NCBI RefSeq assembly: GCF_964204645.1
Contig: NC_134028.1
Coordinates: 7,068,001-7,132,000, forward strand
Reading direction: 5' to 3'
Length of the DNA: 64,000 nucleotides
Source: Tubulanus polymorphus
Taxonomy: Eukaryota; Animalia; Nemertea
In this document: piece after piece, positions 25,896-40,500 of the stretch
How the letters are laid out: the number at the start of each line of letters is the position of its first letter
Position numbering within the stretch: position 1 is the stretch's first letter
Made by a program: the position numbers and the translations under genes
Notes under the pieces: generated by a model
Told to the model about the DNA's origin: nothing
Databases searched by the model: none
Seen by the model: only the letters and a program-made list of their open reading frames with translations

Positions 25896-28800
25896 CTACA
25901 GAAAAAACAAGAAATGAAAAGGAATCAGAAAAATTTCTCTATTAAGTCAATTAATCATGATAAGGACACTTGAATAAGTGTAATCAAGTCCCAAGTCAAT
26001 ACAGTTTATTCCTTAGGCAAAAAAATTGATACCTTGTTTCTTATTTCTGCTGAGCTTCAAAGTTGATCCAGCTGCCTATCTACCCTTTACATTACTCTTT
26101 TTAAAATAGTTGATCAAACTTACAATAACAGACCCGGCAGTTATAGAAATGAATACTTTACAAATTTCATTGCAGTTTACAAAATGACTCGGCCGATTAG
26201 GAGAAACGAGGTATCATTTCTTTAAAGCTTACTAACAATTTTTGCTAGACACAGCTTTTTCAAAACTCTTTAAACCGGTGACCAGTTGCAAAGTCAAGGC
26301 TTACTTTTTTAAGATATCAATAAGCTCATTTTGTTTCTATAAGCCAATCAATCTAAAGCTTGAAGACATAGAACGCAGGACACCGACGCAGACACTGAAC
26401 ACGGAAACATGTTTCTGGGTGTTTCCCTGTGTCGTGCAAGTTTATGAGAAACATAGTTTCCGAAATCAAACATGATCTATGTTTCTGAGTTTCTGGCTTA
26501 CGCAGACAAGTTTTAGGACCGTTCCCCGGCTTGAAACCACGACTGGGCAACCGCGTCTAAATGAAATCAACGGTTCATATGAACCTACTAGCAATTTGCT
26601 CATGGTATCAACTTAGCTGCTGTGAAATCGCTATAAAAACGGGGCACAATCGGTAGAATAGTGTTAGTTTGAAATAAAAATACGGTGCTAGAAAAAGGAA
26701 ATATCTGATTTAAAAAAGTTTGCGTGAACTGTTTATTTGTTGAAGAGGCATAGTGTAAGTGGGCGATATAAACACGCTTGTCTGTTTTGAAAGGATGTTA
26801 GCTTTGAGTGCAGAAACGACTTTTTTTAAAAACTGAACACACTTCATGCCCGCGAAAAATGAACCTTAAAAATCATAATCAGCAATTTCCGCCCTCCACA
26901 TGCTCATTACATAACGTAAATGGTAATAATGATATCGTATATATATACATATACGTAGAGGGTTGACCGTAAACCTTAATGAGGTTTTGGGATTTACCAA
27001 CAACTTAACCAGCGACCACTATTGAAATGATATACGTTAATTTTTACGCGGGTTTAACTCAATTGATGGCTGATGAATCGAGTTAACACAGATTCTTCTA
27101 AGTAAAAGAATCTCCAGGGGCATTCATCTTCTTCATCCATTTAGTTAGTGAATGGGGAGGGACCCGCTGACCAATGAGACGAGGCCCAGGGTGAAAATTT
27201 CGAATTTTTTTCTCTTAATGATTCGCAGATACTATGCACCACTTCGGATCCTGGCAATGAGCCAGGCCAAAAGTTGATCGGAACATACTTTTCGGTAATC
27301 ATTGCACATGAATATATCTAGGCTGAAAAAATTGATACCTTGTTTCTCATTTCTGACGGCCGCCTATCTACCCTGTACATTGATCAAGCTACCATAACAG
27401 ACCCGACTGCTATCGACAGAACTGATTTCAAATTTTACCGCAGTTCACAGACCTGGCCAATTCAGAGAAACGAGGTATAATTCTTCAGCCCTATGCTACA
27501 ATATATCAAGTTTGCCGAAAATGATTGTTTGTCCGACAAATTGCCAGACCAGTTGAACTGCTAATGCTAAGCCCCTGGGGCCAGTTTTATAGACTGGTTT
27601 AACCTTTATTTAACCCTGCAGCGGCTAAATCAATTGATAATGAATTGAGTTAGCCCTGGAGTTAAAGTAATACCCGTTTATGAGACTGGCCCTTGAAATA
27701 TGCCGCGTGTATTTCAGAAAGTGGTCACCGATATTTTTTGCTCTTAGCGTACTATATATACCATCTATACATCCTCAAATGAACCGGCAATAGATGAAAT
27801 TCCAGATCGCCATCGAGCCAGCTACACAGCCACCGCAGATAAAGAGAGAGAGGAAGAGACTCATCATACGTTTATACACGAATCATTATACATCGTTCTA
27901 AGTATAAGGCATCTTGCAACATCTCTATGGAATTCGCGAAATTTGGACATTCGAAACATCACTGAACTTAATACTTTTAAAATCCGTCTGAAACATTATC
28001 GTTTTGTGAAAGCATATGAACTCTAATTCAGTATCAGCGCTGCTGAACGTTGTTTCAATGTAACAGGCGCTATACAAATATACAAATGTACTATTATCAT
28101 TATTATTATCATTAGAATGTTCAAACATAATAGTTCCAACAGGATTTCAGTCAAAATAACATACCACGCCAACCACTACAGTCTTCAAATCTGAATTTCA
28201 GAGGCAATGCCAAGCGGTTCAGATGATGTGATCAAACCCACTTTTTTACTTTTTAACATTTTATCATGATATTTTCTTAAAGTCATTAAGAGGTACTTTT
28301 AGTACTTACACAACAAAGGACACTAAAATTCTAAACTAAGAGGCTGTCTGTACATTTGTAGTACATTTATATGTAAATATCGCTAAGAGAGTGAAGTAGC
28401 TAATCCACAGTACCTTGGCCCTCCATTCAGTTATCATTCAAGTAGGAATCACTAAAGATCATTATAAACTATAGGGTGAATGCATTAGATAGTAACAGAG
28501 TAAATAGTTCTTTTTTCCATTTGATAGATGTTTGCTTTAGACTAACGAACAACAAAGAGTTTTTCACAGTTGTCGACGAACTCCTCTTGAAAAACTTTCA
28601 TCAGAGCATACCCCAGGTTCCAACCTCAACATCTACAGTATAGCGAAGTATTTCACGGTACATATAACAGCTGGCTATTGTCTATTCAAGTTATAAATTT
28701 AGTTCGACTGAACTCCAGGGGGTCATACGATGAACTATCGCGTGCTTATTGACTCATACTCATAAGCCATTAGGCAACATCCTTTCAGACACTAGTATTC

Positions 28801-31448
28801 TAACCTGGTTTTCAATAGGAAAAAAATATAACAAACAGCAAAAAGATGACTCTTTGTTTCGAAGTCCAATTGATTCACTCATCCCGAACTCGAGTACTAC
28901 AACCAAGTTTCTCATGATCGTATTCTTCCTTTTATGTCATGTGTTCAATGTTATTTTGCGCGCAGCACTTCACGGAAGCATATACCCACCTATCAGTGTC
29001 TTCTGGCTTGAAACCTTTATTTTCATATGATTCCATCCAAATGGGATTGGACCTGAAACGATAATAAAACTGTACGTCATATCACGCGACGAAGTGTCCA
29101 GCTCCCCGTGAAGTATGAATTCGTTAACGCGAAAAGAAACGAAATGAATATTCTCGATTTTTGGTGATTTTCGAAGAATGTTAAAGTTCATGATACGTTT
29201 TCATGTTCAAAGAGGTTTACTTGGTTATAAACCATGTTTTCAGTCAGGATTGAAACGTCACTTATGCAAATCAAGGATGCCAGACATTTATCTATGAATA
29301 TCAGATTTTCTGGCTTTATCAACAAGTTTTAATCTAAACCACTAGATACACCGCTGGTTGACCTTTAGTCCGAATGCAATTAGAATCTCCGTGAGACTAG
29401 GAAATCAATTCGTTACATTATCCAGTATGAAATTAATAAGATTTCTGATCAAAATTTTGGCTTGCTTTTTTTTCCAATAGATGGTTTCATGAGTATAAGC
29501 CAGCATTTTGCCGGAATACCGATTTATGGTTTGTATCAACGGAAAAAATTGTGGTTCATTATCGATTTGCTCAGATCAATATTAGTGATAAACGGACGGA
29601 CAGACAAGTCTATCAAGATCTTATCCTTAGAATCACTACCATACAGCGCTGCCAGCAAATTGGAGACATGCATTACTTCCATAGCAGACGAGTGTGCATT
29701 AGTTGAGAGTCGAGAGCCTGTTGACATTTAAAGCAAGGACATCTCTTCAAATCAGAACTGAAATCGTTGGCGCTTTCTATTTAGAAAGTTATTCTTACAA
29801 CGAATCTGATGTCGAGACATTTTGAATTATTGATAGATGTCTTTGAAGGACGCCTTGAAGAAGATTTTTCAAATTCGAAGATTTTAAAACGTGATTAACA
29901 TATAAAAACGTATAGTACTTCTAAAATGTGACGTTTTCGAAAAAAAAAAACGCGAGAGAATCGCGTCAAATTTGGGATGGAGGTTTTGGAAAATAAAGAA
30001 ACAAACTTTTTAAAATGTGACGAATGATGAATGTAGATATAAAAAGTGTACATTTTAGTTTTTGGAATGTCAATAAAACTCTCCAACTGATCTGGCATTA
30101 CCACAGAGTTTGCTAAAATAAGAAGATGCTAAAACATAACGTTCCTATGCTACTCAGGATAAACAAGAGTGCACATTGAGACAGTTATACGACATATTGT
30201 TTACACCATCTTTTTACACACCGAACAGCTTTTTCTCGCTTCTTGGGGAGAGCCCAACATCCTATAGGCATCTCATAGATAATTACACAATACAATTACC
30301 CTTCATATTACAATACGTCTAAACATTCAATCGAGGCAATTTTTTCTAATTTCACACTGCAACACAATTCGAGTGTCATAGTCTTATTCAAGTGATTAGA
30401 AACCGAATTTTAGAGTGAGCCAGACTTCTATCAGTTCTGATCTGATTAACCCTTTCAGTGCTGACCAATTGTTTGATAATCGAAAATTTGTCTACACCGA
30501 AGTGCGGTGTTTTTATTAGTAATTTTAATTTAGAAATGTTTGACTGCCATCTTACAATAGATGTAACGAATTATTACCAACATCAAATTATATCTATACA
30601 CTAGCAAAGTTCATCACTGATCTATACACTGCACTGCAGTGTAGACACTGAGAGGGTTATGGAAAGTTCAGTAGACTCATATTTGCCATAGTTTGTTCAG
30701 TATACCTATCAAAGTGGACCTATCATTTCAAAAGACTGATGACTGATGAATTGAGTTAAAATGTGGTCGTTTAATGCTGAAAAAGAATGATACATTGAAA
30801 TATTCAACAGTTTACAAGATCCCTCAAATTTGCCATTAACAGAGGGGAAACATGCTGTTTACAGGCAAAATGAAACATTGAACGATAACATTTAGTTTAC
30901 CCTAAAACTTAGAATTTGATCGGCTAGAATTCACCACGCTAACAAAAAGAAACAAAACACAGGAAATAATTATATATCAGTTAGTTAATACTTATCATGA
31001 AATGATTTTTAAAAAAAAGATCTATATGAAATTATGTTAATAACGACAATCTTATTCTAGAAATCGATATCAATTAATGATTAAATGAATATCATTAAAA
31101 TTATGAATATGAAAATTATGAAATTATGTTAGGAAAATAAAGAGAACTTGGAGGTTGATTCAGAAAACATCGACAAAGATTTGGCCAGATTTGTGAGGAT
31201 TGTGTCATGAATAAAATTGTGATCAATGGTCTTTTTTATCAATTTAGGCTCGAGGAAGCCGTGTGTGATCAATTAACAGTGATCATAGTCTGTATCGATC
31301 AACTTATACATGATCGTTAATGTGGTTAGTGCATTTGTTGATCACTTTCTAAGATGATTGCGCGAGGCTTCAATCAATCGGAAACATGCCCACGTAATGA
31401 GTGAATGCTAGATTGTGATCCATTCATATTCGATCATTGTATGAAATA

Positions 31449-31537
<89 letters not shown>

Positions 31538-34500
31538 ATATATATATATTCTGCACATCCTCGCGCGATTTTTACTTTTACAAACACAGGTGTGGTACGA
31601 TGATGAAATAAAAGTCGATTGTTTCGGTAAGAAAACATAACGACCAGTCGTGAAGAACAGTTAAAAATATATACAACACGACCAAAACTCAGAGAAGATT
31701 AAAACCTCATATCGGGCATGCGTGTGAACAGCTTGATGTCATTCAAACAGGACTTTAACAGGACGATAGAGACAAACGACGGAACAAAATGAACTGAAGA
31801 CCACGTCTTCATCTAAAAGTCAGGTCTTTCGAAGATATACCACCCTCCCATTTCAGGGATCTAAATTTGATTGAATCGCTAGACTGTCGAGGCACGAGAC
31901 TTGACCTAGTGAACCCGGGTGTGCACGCATCTAATCCAATCAGATTTCCCACTGAGGACCAAATGAAATACAATTTCCGATTGGCTTATGATGAATAATC
32001 TGTACTAGCTACGTTCGATTAACTAGGAATCCCAGCCAAATGATGATAATTTGGACGGCATAAGTCGACTTTCTCCACTTATCGCGTAGCATGACCTTTC
32101 TCACTTATCGCGTAGCATGACCTCCGGTTCTTCGCACAAAATACGCGTAACAAACACGCGGAAGACGCACATACGTTAAAAAAAACAGACAGCAACATCA
32201 TCAAAACAGCGTGTACGATTACCACGATGAAAACAATGAAATATGCAGGCCAGCGCCGCCGTGACAACGGACATACCTCGTCATGTGTGGGCGGCCGGTT
32301 TAAAATACTTCTTTTCGTCGACTAACACGTTCCACATTCCTTGCCTTAAAAACCTCGGACGTCGAGCTGGGGGTTTGGGTTTAGTTTTCTCAACAGTACC
32401 GCCACTATTTTCAGCTATTTTTAGAGGAAAGCATTATAACTACGCGACATTAAGACTTGATATATTACAAAACCTCGATCGAGCGCAATGAATATATCCA
32501 CCCTCCCAGCCCGAGAAATGTATATTACAAAAGAAATATATACGTGAAATAGTCATGACACAACCCTTACATGATGCAATAATGATCGAGGACCCTGTTC
32601 CACGGGTTGGCAGCGTTAACTTCCGACATTTAGGGCTGGATTCGGGGATCCGTTCTCAATTGATCGACAGAATCAAACATTTAAACCTGGGCCTAGTTTT
32701 ATATAAACTGGTATTATATTTAGGTTGGCCACTTTTCTCTCTGTCTATAAAACTGGCCCAAGAGCAGATTTAAATGTTAACTCTGAAAGCTGTGAAACTG
32801 GATTCAGATTTCTGCAGCTTCAGTCTTCTTCCAAAAATTTGACTGGATCTTATAACAACTGATTGATATGTCACTGAAGGTGCAGAAATCTTTTTTCTTT
32901 TGGTGCCGTTGTCAACAGACCTTTTCTATAATCAGGCACACCAGGTGGCGCCCCTGCGCTCGGTTGTCCGGCGTACGCCTCGTCGTCGTAATCGGGACGC
33001 GGATACCTATCTTCCGGATTACCATAATTAGCGTATCCGGGCTCATAACCGTGATTGATCCTTTCGTTTCGGATTTCCGGATATAATCCACTTTGAGGAT
33101 AATCGTCTGGCGGATAATCCACCGGCGGGTAATCGTCCGGCGGATAGTCCGCCTGCGGGAGATCGGCCTCGTTCGGGTAAACAGCGTATTGGTGCCCGGA
33201 CGCCGGGTGTTTTTCGTACGCCAGATCCTCCATCGTGTAGTTATTGTCGGCGCGTCTGTCGTGTGGCGGAAACGAGACGAGGGAAAATGGAAAAGAAAGA
33301 CGATGTACCGAGGTGAAACGAAGAGATTTCGAAAGATTAAAAAAACCACCATTTTCCAACTACCCACCATAATAAAATGTATATATTTTCATGCATGCAT
33401 ATATTATACACCCACCGACCTTGGGGTTTTCGAGTTTATCATAAAAATGTTTATTTGCTGAAGTTGGTCTTAGAACTGACTGATATAAAAAGGATAGAAC
33501 CCAAGATCAACCTATGATTTTCTAGATTTGACTATCGATCAAAGCACCGGTAATTCTAACGGGAAGAACTGTTCTGCCATATATACTATCGTACGATTTT
33601 AATAAGACCATTGCCTGAAGATATACGAGTAGGGTTCGTTACTCACACCAGGTGGCGCTGTCATATGTACGTGATTTCTCTAAAAACAAAAGTCAACAAT
33701 ACGTGAGTCCAAGTATCATTCGTGCGCGGGACTCCAAGAACAAAACATCACTCGAATTCATGCATGATTTTCACGACATTTCACTCCATCAAAAAGAAAT
33801 TCCAGACGACAGTGCGAGACAACAGCGATGATGATAATGATGATGATGAGTCAGAAGGGTAGAGAGATGACGATGAAAAGTTTACAGGAACTAGCCTAAA
33901 AATCCGTCCCTGAATAATGAGTCCCAAAGAGTAAAGGATAGCCTCAATAAGTTAAAGTTGTGTAAATATAGATGAAGCCAGGAATACCAAGGAGACTTAG
34001 ATAAATGCTCTGTAAACACAGAGAATTTATACGAATTGACAGCCATTTCCTTAATGAGCCCATGAGCCAGCACGAAATAGAATAGAGTACCTAAATATTC
34101 AACACCAAATTTAGCTATTTAAACATTCATTTCATCGTCTGAAAGCATAAGGTAGACCGAATACCCGAAATACAAGAATTCTGGTACAGAAATCTACAGC
34201 AGCATTCTCCTTCAAGCGATGCCGATCGATGCTCTTTTTGTGGAGGGTCAAATATTGATATTGACTCGGTTAATCAGTTCTGCAACAGAAACTGACGCTC
34301 GAATGCCGAGCTACATCAAAAGCGTTGAACGCGTCGTAGCAAATTGATTACGACCATCTAGCTCGCGGCTAAACACGATCGACAGTCCAAAGTAATTTAG
34401 TTCAACTGCACCAGCGGCATCCGATGGAAACTATGCCACAGTGAAAATTAAAAAGCGATTTCGAATTCTTTAAATCCTTCGACCCATCGAGCGCTTCGAT

Positions 34501-37500
34501 TAGTGGGTCAGATGTTTCCTTTTTGCGGTTTAACTGACGCAACGATTAAGTCAAGTCAATGATTCATTTACGATGTTTTTACTGTAATGATGATTGCATG
34601 AATTATGATACGATCTGATTTTTTGCACGAAAGAAGGTTAAGATGCACCATGAATTCATTCTCTTTTATACGATGTCTGTTTCTCATGGCAGAGTATCAT
34701 CTCCCACTGAAAATACGATTCTTTTTTTTAACTTAATGTTACAAAGGGTGAATGTAAACTCGTCTGTATGGTTTTTTGTTGTGATGGTTGCTTGAATTAC
34801 GATACGCTCCGATATTTTCTACTATTAAGGTTGGATGTACTATGGAAACATCCTCTATTATAATAAACGTTTACTCAGTATTGAGTATCATCTCCCGCTG
34901 GAAAATAAGTATGAATGTGAATTCGGCATAACCGAACTCAGGGGCCGATCTAGGAATTTTGTAGGGGAGGGGTCCCAGGGAGTTAAAAGGGTCAGTATGA
35001 AATGTTACTGTAAGGACGATGCAAGCTACGTAGCGGCATAGCCGTCATGGCCTATGACCGCGAAGGGGGTGCTCTTAAGGGGGAGATTTGAAATTTCTTT
35101 AAATTTTTAGAAGAATTTGGTGAGATTTCCACGAAGTTGAACAATGAATTCCATGAAATTAATCATAATACACAATACAAATACCAAAATACAATTGTAA
35201 ATTCATCATTTTGCGCAAGAAAATACCACCACTATTTGTTTTATATTCACCTTCATTGAAAATAGATCCCTTAAGATTTTTTGAGGTAGACATTTTTAGG
35301 GACCTTCAAATTTAGGGGGGATCAGGACCCCTTTGGACACCCTAAATCAGACCCTGGAACTAATTAATCCGTATGGTTTTTAAACTGCGACTGTTGCATT
35401 ACGCAATGATCTGATTTTTTTAGCGAAGGTTAGACGTACTATATGGAGACATTCTCTATTTTACAATATCTATTTCTCTGTACGTAACATTAACTCCCGC
35501 TGGATATTAGCTCTATAAGCTGTTTTTTTTAACTCAAGGTCGCTTATAATAGCGAACTTGTCGATATGATTTTCTACGCGGCAAACCCTGGAGCGCTCCC
35601 CGGAGCACTCGTTGATTGTGTCTAGCAGACGCACTGTTCGGTATTTTTTTATCAAACGATACAATAAGGCATGATGAGAGTGGCTGCTAGGTGATTCGAT
35701 TATCAAAAACTTCCAATCGAGATCCAGAGAGTACAACGTAAAAATGACGGTGATAAAGTACAATATTCAGAGAGATATTCGAAAGAACAGATTTAGTAAA
35801 AGCTACCAAATCTGAATTATCGGTCATGCGATTAAATACGGAAGTCCTGAAAACTGCGTTCGGTCTTGAAGAGGTTAAACGGAAGAAACTGGGAATAGTA
35901 AAGTAAATACTAAAGACTCAATTTCCCTTCTACAAAAGTAATGTGAAAGATTAACCGTGATTTCAGTTTGTAGGAAGACAGGCCCCGTGTCGAGGAAGGG
36001 GGAGGTTCGGGGGTAGCGAAAGAACCCCCTAAAATTTTGTGAAGTGCCCTTCAAAAAGTCGGTTTAAAAAAATTTGGGTCAAGATTTTCCGAAATTCGGA
36101 TACAATTTTTATGTTTTTTTTTGGAAAATGAAAAGTAATCAATTCTCAAATGATCTATGCAAGTACCCGGACACTTCATATCTAAGATAGCTGCCTTTTT
36201 TTTGATAGCAAAGTGCCCCTTTTATGGTGAAAAAGTGCCCTTTTTCTTGAAACAGAACTGCCCCTCAAAAAAGCTCAGCACGGGCCTGGAAGACAACCAG
36301 GTTGAAATGATTCAGCGCTTAAGGGTACAGAATGGCCATCTTGGTTTCGATAACTTCCTCCAAACTGAGTAAGAAATTTTGTACAAAAGACTACACATGT
36401 GATTCACTTCAAATTACATGAATATGGCATTCAGGGTTGGTAGCTCTTATGCAACAAATTCACAGCCCAATCAGTCGTTTTTTTTAATTCAAATTTTGGA
36501 TCGGGGACTCGGTTATCGTCACTGATTGAGATGACGAATCTGAATACACACGTAGATAATGCATACGCAATAGATTGAACCTGTTATTTAGTCAATATTT
36601 TCGGAAGGATTTCGGGATCATATTCTCTCCCATGCTGAAATATTCCACGCTTTCTTCGCTCATTTTTCTCCTGAATGCCAAACGACAAGCAATAGACGAT
36701 TAAATAATAGAAAATCAACATCGAAATCATGATTAATAAGTCAGGGGCCGGAGCAGGAAACCCGATAGTGCTAACCACGGTTAGTGTACTGTGGTTAGGC
36801 ATGGGTGCAGGAAAATGCTGTCAGCTAAACATTGTCTTCGTGTGGCCACTTATTTTAAGGTTTTTAGCCTAACCACCAATAAGCCACTAACCAGGGTTTT
36901 CCTGCGCCTGCCTCATGTTTATTGGAGGCGCAGTCAGTCGTACCTAGTTTCGAAAATACGTCAGTTCCATGCCTAATGAATGGGGCACACACCAGATGGC
37001 GCAACAATGCAAGTGAAAATTAGTTCGTTTTCGATGAATTTTGAACTGGATTTAAAGGCTCCCAAATGGAAAGTTTGTCAAACAAGTCATCAAATATATA
37101 TAAGATTAGCGTCCCTAATGAGTATGTGGTATAGTTTTACTCAAAAATGATTTGCCAATGAGAAAAGATGATTCAAATTTCATCGAAATGTAGAAGAAAT
37201 TGAAGCCCAGAAACCACTTGTGAACCTGGAGGATCCTCGCCTGCCATAAGTGGAATCCTCGATTGCCACAGTAGCGGTGCCGGTGGTACCCCATACAGTT
37301 CATTTGGACCGAGAGTTTAGTGATGATTGCGCAACCAAGCCCACATAAAAAAAACGGCACAGAGAAATCACGTTTACGAATGACGATAACCGGCAGAAAA
37401 TTGCTCAATGAACAATGTACGAAAAAAAGCATTGGCACCCGATAACCCGTCCTACAGCTGCACCTGCATCGTGAAAACAGCTATGGGAAATACATCAGAT

Positions 37501-40500
37501 CAATTCTTTTCACCTGCACCCATCTCCGCCCCTATTATATGAGCTTTAGTCATCATTTCATGAGGCGAAGGCCCTTTTCAAATAAAGGTGCACTAAACAG
37601 GTTCTGGGGTCCATTCATTATTGTTATGCTGAATGTGAAGATCACGATATCCGCGATGTAACAATAAATGTACAATCGCACCATTTGTTGAATGAATTTT
37701 AAAAGTTTACTTAAGATACTAGAAATATTTTGTGTGGTTCCTACTGAGCCCTTCTTCAGTCTTGGAGATGATATGACAAATAAATACACAGTATGGAAAT
37801 ATTTTAAGCATTTTTGGATAAACGTTTTAAAGTCATTAAACAATTTAGAAAAAAAAAAAATAAGATTTTTACATTCATTCTTGTAACACTGTCATTTCTA
37901 AATAGGATAGGATATCAAAGCTAGTGGACATTGTCACGGGGAGAAACTACCAGCCGAAAGAAATGAATAATTTTTCATTTTTCTTCGTGAGAGAAGGTTG
38001 TTCTATACATATCATTTCTGAAACCAAACAAAACACATTTTCAACGCAGAAATATGCTGCCTTGCTGAATTGCTAATGCTATGAATCACCGAAAAAGCAA
38101 ATAGAAAAAAAAAATAATCAGACTGAAAAAGTCCATTTATGATGGTTTAACATGACTTGGGATATATGTATAATTGAAAAAATGAGAGATCCCTGAAGAG
38201 ACAGATTCTAAAACATTTCGTGTCGACAAATGTATGTTTAGAGGATACATAATTAGATACCCTGGAGACTGAAAGCCCACGAGCTAATGGATACTACACT
38301 AACGCCATCTCGTGGAAAATGAAAAAACTAAGATCCAAACAAATCTCCTCGTGGAATACCCATAAGGCCGCCGACTATGAATGGTCTACGCTATTTCAAA
38401 TATCCGTAATTTATAACTTAGATAATCTACGCAATAACCATAAACATCGCCCAAATGTTAAGTGTAGTGCCAATACACAGTCATCGCCATGCTTTGAATA
38501 CACACGTACATATGATAGAGGTAGTTGGAACAGTGGTAGGGGTAAGGTTGGGGTAATTAGTATCGTTAATTAGTAACAGAAATGCGAACATTAGCGGCTA
38601 AATAACATCTCTTTAATCAACAACTAACGAAGTAGAATTAATTCAAATGAGGTTGCATCTCGCCAAACAATTTTACATATCCAATTCCACAGTGTTGCGA
38701 GTTCGACTTGAAGAGTTTAAGCGATTGGCTAAGTGTGCCCCTGCCAAAACCACGACTGCGGAATTGGGTCCGGGTTACTGAGTAATTCATGTTAATTGTA
38801 GCATTAAGTGATTATAAATGAAATATATAAACTTTTAAAATGAAAAACAAAAACAAAAAAAACTGAATATCAAATTAGTTCAAACAACCATTTTTTCATC
38901 CCACAATATTAAATACCAAGCCCTTGAAATAAGTTACATAAGAAATATAGCGGAATATTTTTCAATTCAATGCTTACCCTTCATAAGTATGCAGATTAGT
39001 GCCGGGCATCTGTAAATGATTCATTGTCGTATCTTTTGAGCCTGGAAAAAAAGACAAAAATCATTTTGAAGCATTTCTACAACCAGAATCGTGGTTTCCA
39101 CGCCGAACCATGACTTTCGAAGACTCTCTAAATTGACGTAAAACATCGGCGAAAACAAAGAAAAACATGCTTACGATGATGGACTATTTCTCCGAGCCAA
39201 AAATCGGCAATAGATAATAAGGGACAGTAATGCTTGGTTGTTTCAAGGGTCAGTCAGGGGGCAATAAAGTATTTTCAGAGGGAATAGAGGCTGTTCCTGA
39301 TAATCAGTGATGGCTTAAACAGCACTTCAACAGGGAACCATATGAACAGAGACTGATTCTGATAATCAGGGCTGGTTGACAGCTCCGCATGTGTTGCATT
39401 GTCAGCGGTAAAGTGCAGTAAATGAAATTCAGATACCGCTCATGACAATCATCGCAGCATAAATATATATAATTACAAATTTTATCGATGATTTGAAGTA
39501 TGTACTGGGTGACTCACAGTACATTTTACATAAAAGCCTGTCTAGACAGGTTTTTCTGATACAAAGCAATTAATTGAAGTTGCAGCGCCGATGAATTATA
39601 TTAAGTAGTGTCAATCATACCGGGGATTTCATGAAACATCAATAACGACTGTTATGACAGGCAGATGAGTGAAACTGTAGAATATAGTTGATTCGCAGGT
39701 GTTGATGAACTGACATTATTCACTAATGACGCTAATGATGACCGGTGACATCCACTTGCATCGTGACATCTCACATGACACACAGTAAGTCGGAACAGTG
39801 TATATTAGCTAAAATTTTCCTATTAGTCACTGCAAGATTTAACTTGTCCGAATAAAAAAATAATCAGAACGGCGTATCTTATAGAACACAACTATTACTT
39901 CTTTTCATATTACTTCATATTACCTTTTTGACAACAAAACTCTAACCCTGTTTGTCAATTGATTTTAAATTTTAAAAAAAGAAAGAAAAGAAAACGACTC
40001 GGGTGAAGTCGCTAATTGGACGATAGAAACTTGGAAGAATGGTGATACTACGGCAATAACCATTCATTAATTACGAATTATAACTCAACTATAACAGAAC
40101 TATAGAACCACGTCCCTGATTGATAGCATCATGGACGTGCTTATCTGTACATGCAAATTGGTCAAAACAATATCTCTATATTATTTAAACATGATTCCTT
40201 GTTTCTCCGCAGCGGCCGGGTCATATTTGTAAAGTTTAATAAAATTTGTAATTAGTTCATTTCTATAGCTGCCGGGTATGTTATGGTAAAATTGATAACG
40301 ATTTTTAAAAATGTATTGTACAGGGTAGTTATTCGGCTGACCGGGACTACTATTAAGCTCAGCAGAGCAGAGAAAAGAGGTATCAATTTTTTTAAGCCTT
40401 ATTGACATATTTGATATATGAATATCGTCTATTTGTCTGTCATTTCGCGGTTTCTATGATTTTGCACGAAAATGTAGCCCGAATGTAATCTATTGTTTTT

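Noticed and set aside
28310-28322. Possible 13-nt exon that would end the protein in SVLCC*
   Set aside because: Weak acceptor with several upstream AGs; a chance match is likely.
31405-31638. YIYIYI ORFs on both strands
   Set aside because: (TA)n repeat translation.
32076-32123. 22-bp tandem duplication CACTTATCGCGTAGCATGACCT
   Set aside because: Simple local duplication.
32912-33370. 152-aa Arg-rich minus-strand ORF
   Set aside because: Alternative frame of the DYPP exon; its phase does not match the upstream donor.
39175-39183. Possible 9-nt microexon TCCATCATC with gtaagc donor
   Set aside because: Poor acceptor with a competing upstream AG and little pyrimidine tract.
40181-40408. 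75-aa minus-strand ORF within the cadherin tail intron
   Set aside because: Lies in an interspersed repeat also found at about 26014 and 27319.
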